From contig OZ024740.1 of NCBI GenBank assembly GCA_964016885.1, forward strand, positions 289,788,001 to 289,852,000: a stretch of DNA of 64,000 nucleotides, read 5' to 3'. A program made the translations under genes and the position numbers. The stretch's first letter is position 1; every line of letters begins with the position of its first letter. This DNA is from Eledone cirrhosa. Taxonomy: Eukaryota. Positions 41,537 through 56,249 of the stretch are shown here, piece by piece. A model generated the notes under the pieces. That model searched no databases and was not told the DNA's origin. It saw only the letters and a program-made list of their open reading frames with translations.

Positions 41537-42001
41537 TTCTTCTGGTTTTATAATTTCACAAAGTTTTACCAATAGAGAGAGAGTCGGTTTCTAACATAGA
41601 CACAAGACTCTCTCATCGGAATTTACACAACATCAACTAGGTAGATATGTATGTATGTCTGCATGCATGCATGTGTAGATATGGATGTTATTGTATGTGT
41701 GGATGTGGATGTTTTGAGTTGTATGTGTGCATGTGTATATGATTTGTATCTATACATGTGTATATGCAGTTATTAGATGCAACATTTTTGTAATGTTTTA
41801 CATATTTTTACTGTTCCATTAATGGATTGTACTTGTAGTTTCCTAACTAGTTGTGTTCTTTCTGTTCCTGTGAAGCCTAGCTTCTCAAGATTTGTATTGA
41901 GGCAGTTACTAACATACCCCAGTGCCCCAATAATCACAGGCATAAATCTGAAGGTGTAATCAGGGTGGAGTATCTGCAGATTTCTCATCAGTTCTGCATA
42001 A
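41537..42001 (-). mobile_element. 5'-truncated RLE-type non-LTR retrotransposon (R4/Dong-like) in a (CATA)n tract
   Basis: YAELMRNLQILHPDYTFRFMPVIIGALGYVSNCLNTNLEKLGF resembles the C-terminus of a restriction-like endonuclease. (TATG)n lies on both sides. Confidence 0.75.
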
Positions 42002-42275
42002 ATGTATGTATGTATGTATGTATGTATGTATGTATGTATGTATGTATGTATGTATGTATGTATGTATGTATGTATGTGTGTATGTATGTATGTGTATGTA
42101 TGTTTGTGTGTATGTATGTTTGCGTGTATGTGTGTATGTATGTATGTATGTGTGTATGTATGTATGTATGTGTGTGTGTATGTATGTATGTGTGTATGTA
42201 TGTTTGTGTGTATGTATGTATGTATGCATGTATGTATAAGATGTTTACCAACATACACACACACACATCTATCTA

Positions 42276-42387
<112 letters not shown>

Positions 42388-42629
42388 TATATATACTTAT
42401 ATATAAGTATATATACATATATATATATATATAGATAATTTAATATATCAACTAACATAAGCGCACAGATGCACGCCCATGCCAGCAAATACACAGGTTA
42501 TGTCATAGTACCTAGGTGGTTCAATGCAGGAGAATGCAGAACAATAATATAAAGGACGTAAAATAAGAAAATATTTTTTTTTTTTTTTTAAATTAAAAAA
42601 AAAAAAAAAAATTTTTTTTTTTTTTTTTT

Positions 42630-42698
<69 letters not shown>

Positions 42699-42870
42699 GT
42701 ATGTGTCTATGTATGTGTATATATATATATATGCATGTGTCTATGTATGTGTCTACCCCTCACAATATTCCATGGCCATAATTAGAAATGTTGCGGCGTG
42801 GAGAGAAAAGACAATTCAACAAATTGTATTGTCCAAGAATAACGAACAAAAGCAATAAAAACAAAAGCAA

Positions 42871-42944
<74 letters not shown>

Positions 42945-43147
42945 AGAGGCAGTAGCATAAACATGGGCAAAACACAGTACTGTTGAAAACAATAACAGAA
43001 GCAACAAAAAAAACAACCCTAACAAATCTATGATTCCAAAAGCAAAGCCAGGAGAAAAGCAATAGCGACAACAGAAACAACAATGACAACATCAAAGACG
43101 ACCGCCCACATCACACATCACACACACACACACACACACACACACTT

Positions 43148-43181
<34 letters not shown>

Positions 43182-43351
43182 ATACGCACAGATACACACG
43201 TACACACACTAAGAAACTCTACCGTTACTCCGAGTTTCTCCTCTCTTCAGATATAGAAAACGTGAACCGCACATCATCGATGTTTTGACTAAAATTTAAC
43301 TATATGTTTGAACAACCTAACTCACACACACACATACACATACACACACAC

Positions 43352-43382
<31 letters not shown>

Positions 43383-43461
43383 TTTATAGATATATACACA
43401 CGTGTGAGTGTGTGTGTATATATAAATACATACATACACATATATATATGTGTGTATCTAC

Positions 43462-43588
<127 letters not shown>

Positions 43589-43795
43589 AATGAAAGGTAT
43601 AGAAAATATTGTAGCAAAAAGCCGACAGTATTCCATAATATATAAGTGACTATAGCGTACACATATATACATGGTACACACACATATATATATATATATG
43701 GTACACACACACATATATATATATAATATATATTTTGAAGAGAGTGGAGAAAAGATACAGAAGAGAGACAGAAGGAGGTGGAAGGTGGCCTATAG

Positions 43796-43826
<31 letters not shown>

Positions 43827-44189
43827 GATAGATAGATATATAGAGAGAGTGTGTGTGAGAGAGAGCGAAAGATAGATAGAGAGAGAGAGAAAGAGGGAGA
43901 GAGTGGCGGGGGTGGGGGTGAGAGAGAAAGAGCGAGAATAAACAAACGAGAAAGTAAAAATCTTCGGACCACCTAATTACCCAATATTAATTGAAATATT
44001 TTAATTAATCACAGTTTGATTGATTAAATATTGAACAGAGTAATATAATATTTCACAGTAATTAATAATTTTATAGATATGTTGGTGGAGATGGTGGTGG
44101 CATTGTTTTAATGGTGAAGGTGTTGGATATATTGAGTATAGTGGTTATATTTTTTAATGGTGGAGAGGAGGATATATTATAGGAACTTT

Positions 44190-47050
44190 AATGGTGGTAG
44201 TGATTGTGATGGTGGTGGTTGTGATGGTGGCAATGGTAGTTGTTGTGATGGTGGTGGTTGTGATGGTGGCAATGGTAGTGGTTGTGATGGTGGTGGTTGT
44301 GATGGTGGCAATGGTAGTGGTTGTGATGGTGGTGGTTGTGATGGTGGCAATGGTAGTGGTTGTGATGGTGGTGGTTGTGATGGTGGCAATGGTAGTGGTT
44401 GTGATGGTGGTGGTTGTGATATTGGCAATGGTAGTGGTTGTGATGGTGGTAGTTGTGATGGTGGCAATGGTAGTGGTTGTGATGGTGAGAGCTATGGTGA
44501 TAGTGTTTACAGTTGTGATGGTGGTGGTTGTGATATTGGCAATGGTAGTGGTTGTGATGGTGGTAGTTGTGATGGTGGCAATGGTAGTGGTTGTGATGGT
44601 GAGAGCTATGGTGATAGTGTTTACAGTTGTGATGGTGGTGGTTGTGATATTGGCAATGGTAGTGGTTGTGATGGTGGTAGTTGTGATGGTGGCAATGGTA
44701 GTGGTTGTGATGGTGAGAGCTATGGTGATAGTGTTTACAGTTGTGATGGTGGCGGTTGTGATATTGGCAATGGTAGTGGTTGTGATGGTGGTAGTTGTGA
44801 TGGTGGCAATGGTAGTGGTTGTGATGGTGAGAGCTATGGTGATAGTGTTTACAGTTGTGATGGTGGTGGTTGTGATATTGGCAATGGTAGTGGTTGTGAT
44901 GGTGGTAGTTGTGATGGTGGCAATGGTAGTGGTTGTGATGGTGAGGGCTATGGTGATAGTGTTTACAGTTGTGATGGTGGTGGTTGTGATGGTGGCAATG
45001 GTAGTGGTTGTGATGGTGAGAGCTATGGTGATAGTGTTTACAGTTGTGATGGTGGCTATGGTAGTGGTTGTGTTGGTGGTGGTTGTGATGGTGGCAATGG
45101 TAGTGGTTGTGATAGTGAGGGCTATGGTGATAGTGTTTACAGTTGTGATGGTGGTGGTTGTGATATTGGCAATGGTAGAGGTTGTGATGGTGGTGGTTGT
45201 GATGGTGGCAATGGTAGTGGTTGTGATGGTGGCAATGGTAGTGGTTGTGATGGTGGCAATGGTAGTGGTTGTGATGGTGGCAATGGTAGTGGTTGTGATG
45301 GTGGAGGTTGTGATGGTGGCATGGTAGTGGTTGTGATGGTGGCAATGGTAGTGGTTGTGATGGTGGTGGTTGTGATGGTGGCATGGTAGTAGTTGTGATG
45401 GTGGTGGTTGTGATGGTAGTTGTTGTGATGGTGGCTATGGTAATGGTTGTGATGGTGGCAATGGTAGTGGTTGTGATGCTAGAGGTTGTGATGGTGGCAA
45501 TGGTAGTGGTTGTGATGATGGTGGTTGTGATGGTGGTGGTTGTGATGGTGGTGGTTGTGATGGTGGTGGTTGTGATGGTGGTGGTTGTGATGGTGGTGGT
45601 TGTGATGGTGGCAACGGTAGAGGTTGTGATGGTGGTGGTTGTGATGGTGGCAATGGTAGAGGTTGTGATGGTGGTGGTTGTGGTGGGGGCAATGGTAGTA
45701 GTTGTGATGAGGGTGACTTTTGTTGCGGAAGTTTGTGGCGTTGTTGTATGGCGGTGGTTGTTCTCTGGCAAAGAAGGCGATGCTGGTTGTGTGTTTGTAT
45801 ATCTGGGGCTATTTAATGGTGGTCGTTGTGATGCCAATCGTGTTGGTGGCAATGAAGATGTGGTGGTGTTAGCGATAGCGTTGGGGGAGGTGGTTATGAT
45901 GGTACAGGTGGTGGTGGTTTAGATAGTGGTGGTTGTGATGGTTCTAGTGGTGGTTGTGATGGTGGTGGTTGTGATGGTGGTCATTGTGATGGTAGTCATT
46001 GTGATGGTGGTGGTTGTGATGGTGGTGGTTGTGATGGTGGTGGTTGTGATGGTGGTGGTTGAGATAGTGGTGGTTGTGATGGTAGTGGTTGTGATGATGG
46101 TGGTTGTGATGGTGGTGGTTGAGATGGTGATGGTTGTGAATGGTGGTGGTTGTGAGGGTGGTGGTTGTGGTGGTGGTGGTGGTTGTGATGATGGTGGTTG
46201 TGATGGTGGTGGTTGTGATGGCAGTGGTTGTGATGGTGGTGGTTGTGATAGTGGTGGTTGTGATGGTGGTCATTGTGATGGTGGTGGTTGAGATGGTGGT
46301 GGTTGTGATGGTGGTGGTTGTGATAGTGGTGGTTGTGATGGCAGTGGTTGAGATGGTGGTGGTTGTGATGGCAGTGGTTGTGATGGTGGTGGTTGTGATG
46401 GTGGTGGTTGTGATAGTGGTGGTTGTGATGGTGGTCATTGTGATGGTGGTGGTTGAGATGGTGGTGGTTGTGATGGCAGTGGTTGTGATGGTGGTGGTTG
46501 TGATGGTGGTGGTTGAGATGGTGGTGGTTGTGATGATGGTGGTTGTGATGGTGGTGGTTGTGATGGTAGTGGTTGTGATGGTGGTGGTTGTGATAGTGGT
46601 GGTTGTGATGGTAGTCATTGTGATGGTGGTGGTTGAGATGGTGGTGGTTGTGATGGTGGTGGTTGTGATAGTGGTGGTCGTGATGGTGGTGGTTGAGATG
46701 GTGGTGGTTGTGATGGCAGTGGTTGTGATGGTGGTGGTTGTGATGGTTCTAGTGGTGGTTCTGATGGTGGTCGCTGTGATGATGGAAATGGTAGTAGTTG
46801 TGATGGTGGTGGTTGTGATAGTGGTGGTTGTGATGGTGGTGGTTGAGATGGTGGTGGTTGTGATGGCAGTGGTTGTGATGGTGGTGGTTGTGATGGTGGT
46901 GGTTGAGATGGTGGTGGTTGTGATGGCAGTGGTTGTGATGGTGGTGGTTGTGATGGTGGTGGTTGAGATGGTGGTGGTTGTGATGGCAGTGGTTGTGATG
47001 GTGGTGGTTGTGATGGTGGTGGTTGAGATGGTGGTGGTTGTGATTATGGA
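44190..47050. repeat. G/T-rich 15-bp (GGTTGTGATGGTGGT) low-complexity array with 30-bp and ~114-bp higher-order units
   Basis: Direct reading. The gagagctatggtgatagtgtttacag marker recurs about every 114 bp from 44488 to 44940. Confidence 0.95.
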
Positions 47051-47703
47051 GGTTACTGTATGGTAAAAACGATGGCAGTCGTAATTGTGGTAGTATTTGT
47101 GCTGGGTTTTGTATTGGTTATGGTATTGGTGTGGCGATGATGTTGCTGCTATGTGAGATGTTGCTTGGGGTAGTAATTCTGATGTAGTCGTGATGTGGAG
47201 GATGGTGGTATTGGTAGCGATAATGATGATGATGATGGCAGTGATAATTATGGTGATATTGCGAAGGTTGTGTTAATGTATTGCGAAATTTTGCAACAGT
47301 AGTCTATCTACCAACATATAAATTAGCTTACTCACGTGTAAATTAATCAGTTATATCCACGTAGCTATGATCTATGTAATTATCTAGCTATGGACAACGG
47401 ATTAAGGGTTACAACATACAAATTATTCTACATCAAAAATTAAGTATGTTCGATACATAGATATACACTTTTACATTCTGAACTAATTAGTTCAGAAACT
47501 GTATGGTGCTTTATCTGATTAATTACTCTAAATTAATATCCTAGTAATCAACGTTTTCACTTTATCGTATTATGGTCAGCGATATTGCCGTCAGTACTCT
47601 ACTGTGATAACTTGCTCATCTAATGTCATCATCTAATGTCATGACAGTGTTGTGGTAAGATCGTGTGGAGAGGTTTAACTGCCCGCTTGTAAATCATATT
47701 GTA

Positions 47704-48243
47704 CAGGGTGGTCCGAAAGAATTGTCACCCCCTACCAAAAAGTAATGTGAAACAGTTTATGTTCCCATCGCAGTATCGTCCTCTTCGGAGGAGCTGGTTT
47801 GCCGAATCTTGCAGTGAAGTCATGTCGCACATCCTCCATGCTCTTGCCAGAATGCACACTATCATGTGCCCAGACGCTTGCAAGCATCCTTTCTTCTAAA
47901 CTGTAGGAGCTCTGAAATAGAAAATGCTATTATTATTTCTATATATAGCGGTGGATTGGCAGTATCGGTAGAGGGTCGGACGCCATGCTTTCCAGCATAG
48001 TTACGTCCTTTTACGATCTGAGTTCAAATCCCGCCGAGGTTGACTTTGCCTTTCATCCTTACGGGGTCGATAAAATAAAGTACCAGTAATGCACTGGGTA
48101 ATTGCTGGCCTTGTGCCTAAAGTAGAAACAATTATTACTATATATTATAACTAATGATATTATATATTATATTATTAAAACAAAAAATAATGAAAGTTAA
48201 AACAATATGTGACAAGGGGTGACAAGACTTTCGGACCACCCTG
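47704..48243 (-). mobile_element. Internally deleted Tc1/mariner-superfamily element with transposase N-terminal HTH remnant; SINE nested at 47947-48134 (+)
   Basis: TIRs TA|cagggtggtccgaaag..tgtcacccc / ggggtgaca..ctttcggaccaccctg|TA. The minus strand reads SYSLEERMLASVWAH..DFTARFGKPAPPKRTILRWEHKLF. Confidence 0.85.
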
Positions 48244-48794
48244 TACTATAGTAACCTAACTTACTGTCCGTACTACTCTGATGTTGCTAATAGATCTAAT
48301 GGCGATATCACTGAAAGTAATGTCAACTGTACAATGGTAACCAAAGGCGATGAATCAGCAAAGTTGCTAGAACGTCAGAAAGAATGTTTTGCGTAATCTG
48401 CTCCGACTCTCTGCACTTTAAGACCCAACAGGTCAACTACGCCTTTTATCCTTTTGAAGTCGATAAAAATTACCAGTGCGCTACTGGGGGTGGGTGGGGG
48501 GGGGGGGGTCGATTCTATCTCTATATCACTTTCTTACTTCTGCTCTATCTCTCTCCTTCCTTCTCTGGAAAAAAATCAGCTGTTACCGTTATATACATAC
48601 ACACACATTGCCATCCTTATATTTACATGGCAATCTCTTTTGTTATATTTACTATAATCTACTGTTGCAAATAACTGATCACCACTCTTAGTAGCGCCAC
48701 AATTGTGGTAGGACGTCGGCAGAACTGCAAATGAATGTGTGGTTAAAAACAATCACGTAGTTACGAATTTGATCATACTGAACTTGGATAAGTA

Positions 48795-48961
48795 CCGTAT
48801 TTTCCGGCGTCGAAGACGCTACTTTTTTCCTAGAATAAGTCTCAAAAATCTACCATGCGTCCTAGAGGCCGAAGGTTGTTTATTATTTTTAGCAAATTTT
48901 TGCTTGTCAAAATTAGGGTGCGTCCTCAAGGACGAAGCGTCTTTGGCGTCGGGAAATACGG
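48795..48961. mobile_element. MITE with CCGTATTT TIRs (pogo/Tigger-like)
   Basis: ta ccgtattttccggcgtcgaagacgct ... agcgtctttggcgtcgggaaatacgg. Confidence 0.75.
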
Positions 48962-49585
48962 TGCATTCTACTCTAACTTGAAGTCGACCCGTCTCTTTCA
49001 AGAGAAATTTTAATGAATAGAAACTGGTTGCAAGCCCGTCCAATTGTTTGTACATATTCAAGGCTATTAGAATTAATCCGTCTCTCAGTTTAACTCCCTC
49101 CGCTGGTCCTTTATTTATAGCAAGCGACTGTATTTACAGTTATTTTTCTGAGTTTCAGCACACTACATTCTCTACGAAATTTATAATGCCCCAACGCTTC
49201 GAAAGTTCGAACTTCGCATACGATGTTTCTTTACACACACACACACGCGCGCGTGCTTGCGCATATATGTGGATATCACGCATGCGCAGCCCAAGTACAC
49301 AGCTGACAAAAACGAGATGGTGTCAGACAGAACAAAAGAGACACACAGAATAACAACAAAAATAGTCACTGAGAAGGTCACAGAATGTGTGACAAAAGAG
49401 TTTTGACAATCACCAATTAAACAACCGTCAGATTATTAGACTAACCGACTGGGAAATTACAATAATAAATTAAGAAATTGAAGAGAAACCAACAGGTGTG
49501 TGTGTATTTTATTGGCAGTATGACCCTCCCAAAGTATAATAATATTTGTTTCAACATTCTTGCAAAACAAATACAAAAACAATAT

Positions 49586-49768
<183 letters not shown>

Positions 49769-50336
49769 GGTTAAAAAATTAGACTGTTCGTATGAGAAAA
49801 AAGTCATCATTGTGCGCATGTAAGCAGGTGTCAGATGATTACACAACATCAAAGAAAAAAAATAACTGTCGGCTTTTAAAGTGAAGACAGTAAAAAATGT
49901 GTCAGCGTAAAAATAATAACAATTGGGTCACTCGATCATCATTAAATACCATCATATAAGAAGGAATGATCAAAGAATATTGACATTTATTAGGTCAACA
50001 TCAAAGAAAGTATGACGTGATTTCACATCTTGAAAGGAAAAGCAAATCAAGGATTATTATGGTTTTCTTGGAGAAGGGGTTGTTGGCCTCAAGGTTGAAG
50101 GGTCGTTAATTCGTGTTTTTTAACACTGACAGTAAAGGAAAGGATTAAAGAAATCGGAAATGCTCTCATCTTAAAGTAGAACATGACACAGAGAGACGGT
50201 GGCGGGGGAGAAATAAAAAGGAAACTGAGGTGGAGAAAGAAAATTGGAAAAAAGCGAGAAGGAAGAAAATAAAAAAAGGCGATAGACAGAGAAGCTATCA
50301 GGCATGTGGAAGTGAGAGAGACAATGATAGGTTGAC

Positions 50337-50443
<107 letters not shown>

Positions 50444-50717
50444 GGAAACAGGGAAACAGAGAAACAGAAACAAAAGAATTGTGAAAGAAACAGAGAAATA
50501 GACAAAGTGTGTGTGTGTGTATGTATATGTGTGTATGTGTCTGTGTGTGTATTTGTGTGTGTTTGAGAGAGAGAGATAGAGATAGAGAGAGATAGAGGGG
50601 GAACTGAGACAAACAGTGTGAGTGTGTGATAGAGAAAGGTTGGAAGAGAAAATGGGAAATGTACAGTGACAGACAAACGTAAAGATAAATAGGAAAATAG
50701 AGAAACAAAACTGCGCT

Positions 50718-50796
<79 letters not shown>

Positions 50797-50892
50797 GTGT
50801 GTGTATGTATATGTATATATATATGTGTATATATATATATGTATGTATATGTGTGTATATACACATACATATATATATATATATATATACAT

Positions 50893-50971
<79 letters not shown>

Positions 50972-51552
50972 TAGGCAAAAAGAAAGAAACCTCGTGAAAG
51001 AAATCTAGAGCGAAATCGTTAAGAAAGAGAGGCGGCGGTTGTTGTGGCGGCGTCTGTGGTGGCGGCACTACTGCGGTACAAACTGTAAATTAAAATGTAG
51101 TCTAGTGATTTGTAATATCGAACTAGCGAGATCGCATTCTCCTTTCGAATAAGAATAAATGAAATCATGGCAAATTATCGATCAGCAGTTCAACATTAAA
51201 GGGAAATATCAACTAGCTAGAGAACTTCAAAGGAAATTGTCGGTCACGAGGGCAAGATCAAAGTAAAACGTCACGTGACTGCTGTAAACTGTGCCAAATG
51301 TTTATTTTTCATCTGAAAGAGCGTTTGAAAACGGAAATGTTTATTGAATATTACAGTTTTCTGTTCGGACCCATGCCACACTCACTTCACGTAATGTGTT
51401 GTATTTAGGTTTTAGAAAGTAGTACAGCAGAAAAAGATGTGGGTTGACAGCAACGAACCGGTTTCGAATCTCTTCACATTCCAACTACATTCCGTTGCCC
51501 GTGTTTCCATTCTTTCGAGCAGATATTTTGGCAACGCATACACACACGCACG

Positions 51553-51661
<109 letters not shown>

Positions 51662-51784
51662 ACCACACGAACACACATACACGCCACACTCAACACACAC
51701 ACAGACGCATATATATACACACAAACGCATATATATATATAGTTTTGCGAGGTTTTTGATATGAAATCGTGTGTCGAAACAAAT

Positions 51785-52830
51785 TGTATTGTATGCATAC
51801 GCCATCTTTATTTAGTCTGTTTATTTATTTATTTATTTTTTTGTCTTCTCTGCGCATGCGTTTGCGTGTGTGTATAGTGTTTGATGTGTGTTCGTGTTTG
51901 GGTGACTGTGTATTGGTTATTGTATTCTATCTTAGTTTACTAGTGTGTGTTTATATGTGTTTGTTGTTATTGTGCTTGTGTATTTATTTATTTATTTATT
52001 TATACTTCTCTTAGGTCAGTATTGTTTGTTTGGGTGTTATTCCATTCATTTTTTTCTGTTTAGCCTTGGCCTTCTAAGTTCTATTTCGCTTGCCTCTCTG
52101 ATTTGCCTATCTGCTGGGTCATTTCTATGTTTAGATATTATTCTAATTTCTATGTTGTCTATGTTACCGTCGTGTTGTTGTCTGGCATGTTCGTATAGTA
52201 CTGAGCCGTTTTTTCGTCTTTTTAGTTCCCCCCAGTGTTGGTCTATCCTTTCTCCTATGCTACGAGCTGTCTCGCCTATGTATGTTGTCATGTTTCTGCA
52301 AGTACCCTTTGTCCATCTTATGCTATAGGCTACGTTTCTAGTTTTACAGTTTATCCGGGGGTTTACTTTACATGTAATACATTTCCTATTAGTACAGTGG
52401 GTTTTCTTAAAAGGGTAGGTTTTGCTGATCAGGGATTTTATGGTGGTTCCTGGCTTTTCTACCACCTTAATCTTTAAGTGGGTCTTTCTCAGGGCCTTTC
52501 TACACTGGTTAGCTAATTTCCCTCCAGGGGTAGCGTCCACAAACATGGCACTCTGGTATCTCTGGTTGTCGTACCATGAGGTGGCTTTCCCTATCTTATG
52601 TCTAGTCCTATCTAAGCTATTCCATGATTTGCTCCTGTATAATGGACAAATTCCTTTCATGTCCAGTTGTATGAGGGTCTTAAACGGTCAAAAATACAGA
52701 TATAATATAGACACAAACACATATATATAGTCTAACAAAGTTCTTTCGTTGCACATCTGCAACATCGTCCGTGGTGCTATTATGTTCCTCCAGTTGTATT
52801 GTATATCTACGCCATCTTTATTTAATCTGT

Positions 52831-52873
<43 letters not shown>

Positions 52874-53250
52874 TTTTTGTCTTCTTCTCGGCGCATGCCT
52901 TTGCGTGTGTGTTTAATGTTTGGTGTGTGTTCAGGTTTGGGTGACTGTGTTTTGGTTATTGTATTCTATCTTAGTTTACTAGTGTGTGATTATATGTGTT
53001 TGTTGTTATTGTGCTTGTGTATATATTTATTTATTTATTTATATTTCTCTTAGGTCAGTATTGTTTGTTTGACGATGTTGCAGAGGTGCAACGAAAGAAC
53101 TGTTAGACTATATATATGTGTTTATATCTATATTATATCTGTATTTTCAACCGTTGGTCAGTCAATGGTAAACATTGGGGACCGAATGAATTAACTGATA
53201 TAAAAGATACAGAAGCGAAAACCAACGAAACAGTGTGTTCTGTTATTAAT
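51785..53250 (-). mobile_element. Penelope-like (Neptune-type) element: GIY-YIG ORF remnant, duplicated 3' UTR/pLTR and inverted arm
   Basis: ORF 52046-52660 (FVDATPG, NCKTRNVAYSI, YIGETARSIGERIDQH, RQIREA..I, LNRK). 51785-52030 is repeated at 52795-53070, and 52682-52769 is inverted at 53071-53155. Confidence 0.88.
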
Positions 53251-53307
53251 TCTATATTACAACAATATGACCCTCCCCAAGTATAACAATAAATATATAT
53301 ATATATG

Positions 53308-53470
<163 letters not shown>

Positions 53471-53477
53471 CTATATA

Positions 53478-53508
<31 letters not shown>

Positions 53509-53509
53509 T

Positions 53510-53692
53510 ATAGAAGTGGTTACACAACAGTTAGTTCACCATACCGAGAACAATTGTTTCACCTTAGCGGATCCTCTAAGGTGAAACAATTGTTCTCGGT
53601 ATGGTGAACTAATTGTTATGTAACCACTTCTACCTAACTCGTCCCATGGACTGAGTGCTCTACCACTACGGATATTACCTTCCAGTGTACTA
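53510..53692 (+). mobile_element. Hairpin mini-element with the 3' half of an HHR
   Basis: ~58-bp inverted arms around 53571. tcct-cta-aggt GAAA caattg TT ctcgg has a palindromic helix III; the tail carries ctgagtgctct. Confidence 0.65.
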
Positions 53693-53716
53693 CCTCTCTC
53701 TCTCTCTCTCTCTCCT

Positions 53717-53782
<66 letters not shown>

Positions 53783-54088
53783 CATTAATTTTACCTAATT
53801 ATGTATGGTTGACCGTATATTTAATTAATTTCCACGTGCTGTTGAAATGTTGGGTAAATATAGCGGTTGGACGCGAAGACGCTGCTGTGGCGGATTTATT
53901 TACTGTTTCTTCATAGGTGCCCTTTATTCTTATAGCCTGGTCTAATTGATTTTTTGTGTGGTTAATTATGCTGATTGCGAGTAGAGATGATGTATATATA
54001 TTATCAAATAATTCTCTGGGCATGCTTTACTCTATAGTATATATATATATACATATATATATATATAAAATATATGTATGTATTTTAC

Positions 54089-54142
<54 letters not shown>

Positions 54143-55332
54143 GTAAAAATACATGCATATATATATATTTTTCTAAATGTCTCCCTATTTATTTCCAAAA
54201 CCATATTCTATATATTTAGGCATATTTGCACCTATGTTAGGTTACCCCTGTGTCAATCCCAGACCATGTTACAGTATTTCTTTGCATCTATTTCATTGCC
54301 TTTAAGCTTCAAACAACATGTTTTGCGGCATAAAATTACATCTCTTTATGCTCTGAGTTCAAATCCCGCTGGGGTTAGCTTTGCCTTTCATTCTTACGGG
54401 GTCGATAAAATAAAATACCAGTCACGTGCTAGGGTCGATTTAATCGACTTTTCTCTCCGCCAAAATTGCTAGCCTTATACCTATAGTAGAAATCATATTA
54501 TTTGTGCTTTTTTATTTTCTTCTGTTTTCCATTTTGTTACCCCGAATCTTGTTATCTCCTGTATTGTTACATTTTATACCTTGCTGTTTCTCTTATTATA
54601 CTGTATGTTTATAACTAAGCCCTTAGTTATTGTAATTTAATTTATCTCTAATTCATCCTTATTCTGATATTTACTTTAAGTTACCTTGAGTCAGCCTACA
54701 CTGTGTAATTGTTTACAGAACTACCTAATAGCTCCTTACCGATTAGACCTACTGGCCTGGAGACCTCGAGATTAGGTCTCACGGCTGTATCATGCAAGCT
54801 GTGCGGAACACTCCTACTGCACCCCCCCCCCCTTTCCCGGATATTCCCCTATATAAGATTTCACTCCGGTGTCCCGCTCGTCGAGCCGAATTTGTTATTA
54901 CATCAATGGCTTGCTTCTATCAACATTCGGCGATAGTGACGTGAAACTGGGATTGACCAGCACTTCCGTCATAGATCGGGGGGGGGGGGGGGCGGGGGTC
55001 GTAGAGGGGCCGGCTATGAAAAGCCATCAACACTTTCTGAAAACGAAATTCGAGGAAGTTTTAAAATTTTGGGGACTAGTTGTTGAAACGGCAAGAGCTC
55101 AACCGTCCAGCTCCCGACTCTTTCATATTACCACACTCTACTACTTCAAGTATCGAGTACTCTGCTGAGTACTCGATTTGAATTATATATATGGGTTATA
55201 TCGAACAATAATGACAATGTTCGATTCGTTTGTTCACAAACGGCCCGGTCGTCACCTGTTTTCAACACTGGCTTTGAGGAACAATCAACATGTTTCTGGG
55301 TCATTACCCTTCATCATTATGTATCAGATATG

Positions 55333-55520
55333 AGGGCGGTGGAGTGCCAATATCGGTAGAGGGTCGGACGCCATGCTTTGCAACACAGTTACGTCCCTTT
55401 ACGGACTGAGTTCAAATCCCGCCGAGGTTCACTTTGCCTTTCATCCTTACGGGGTCGATAAAATAAAGTACCAGTAATGCACTGGGTTATTGCTGGCCTT
55501 GTGCCAAAAGTAGAAACAAT
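55333..55520 (+). mobile_element. tRNA-derived SINE, TSD ttatgtatcagatatg
   Basis: Full consensus with a 16-bp direct repeat. Confidence 0.92.
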
Positions 55521-55630
55521 TATGTATCAGATATGCTAGGGCGAGAAATACAACTCCCCCACCCCTCTCTCTCTCTCCTCTCTCCCTCTGTGTCTCTCTC
55601 TGTCAATCTGTCTGTATATCTGTCTGTATC

Positions 55631-55721
<91 letters not shown>

Positions 55722-56249
55722 CGTTTCTGAATTTGTTTAGCAAGATTCTTTATCTGAATATATATATATCTATATATATAATTCCCGTTCTGTGTGTGTG
55801 TGTAAAAGAGTTTCACTTGGAAAATATTCCATCCATCTCTGTCAAATTAAACACATAGCCAAAATAGGCTACGGTTTGTAACATAAAGAAAAAATTATTT
55901 CATAATGATTAATTTCGAAGTCACAAACTTCGATTTTATAATCTTATAGGCTTTTGCACTAACAAGTTCCATGACGGCCATTAAAGAGAGAGAGCGTTCC
56001 TTTTACACAGTTCTTAACTCTCACCCTTCCACAACACGACGTTATGGGATTGTATGTGTATGTGCGTGTGTATATGTGTGTGTATGTGTTTGTGTGTGTA
56101 TGTGTGCGTGCATGTGTGTGTGTGTGTGTGTAATTTCCATAACGGCCAGAGAGAGAAGGATGTGTGAGAGGGAGATAGAAAGAAAGGAGTGAGAGAGAGA
56201 GTAAAATAAAGAAAGAGAGGAGTGTGTGTGACGCGAATATGATAAATAC

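Noticed and set aside
41560-41625. Minus-strand CCGATGA...GAAA ccga..ttgg TA in the 3' UTR of the RLE element
   Set aside because: U4 is changed and helices I and II are unconvincing; it could be coincidence.
43215-43248. Minus-strand CTGAAGA gagga GAAA ctcggag TA
   Set aside because: Helix II is absent and helix I is weak; at best a deleted remnant.
44157-47066. Long GCDGG / poly-V / poly-H-T ORFs (410, 554, 378, 308 aa) resembling Gly/Cys-rich structural proteins
   Set aside because: Several frames on both strands are open because the 15-bp repeat lacks stops. There is no signal peptide or splice evidence, and the array contains frameshifts.
55005-55115. Family A-like GAAA cgg..ccg TC with upstream atgaaaa
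   Set aside because: The 3' half is plausible, but the core and helix II are too degenerate to call.
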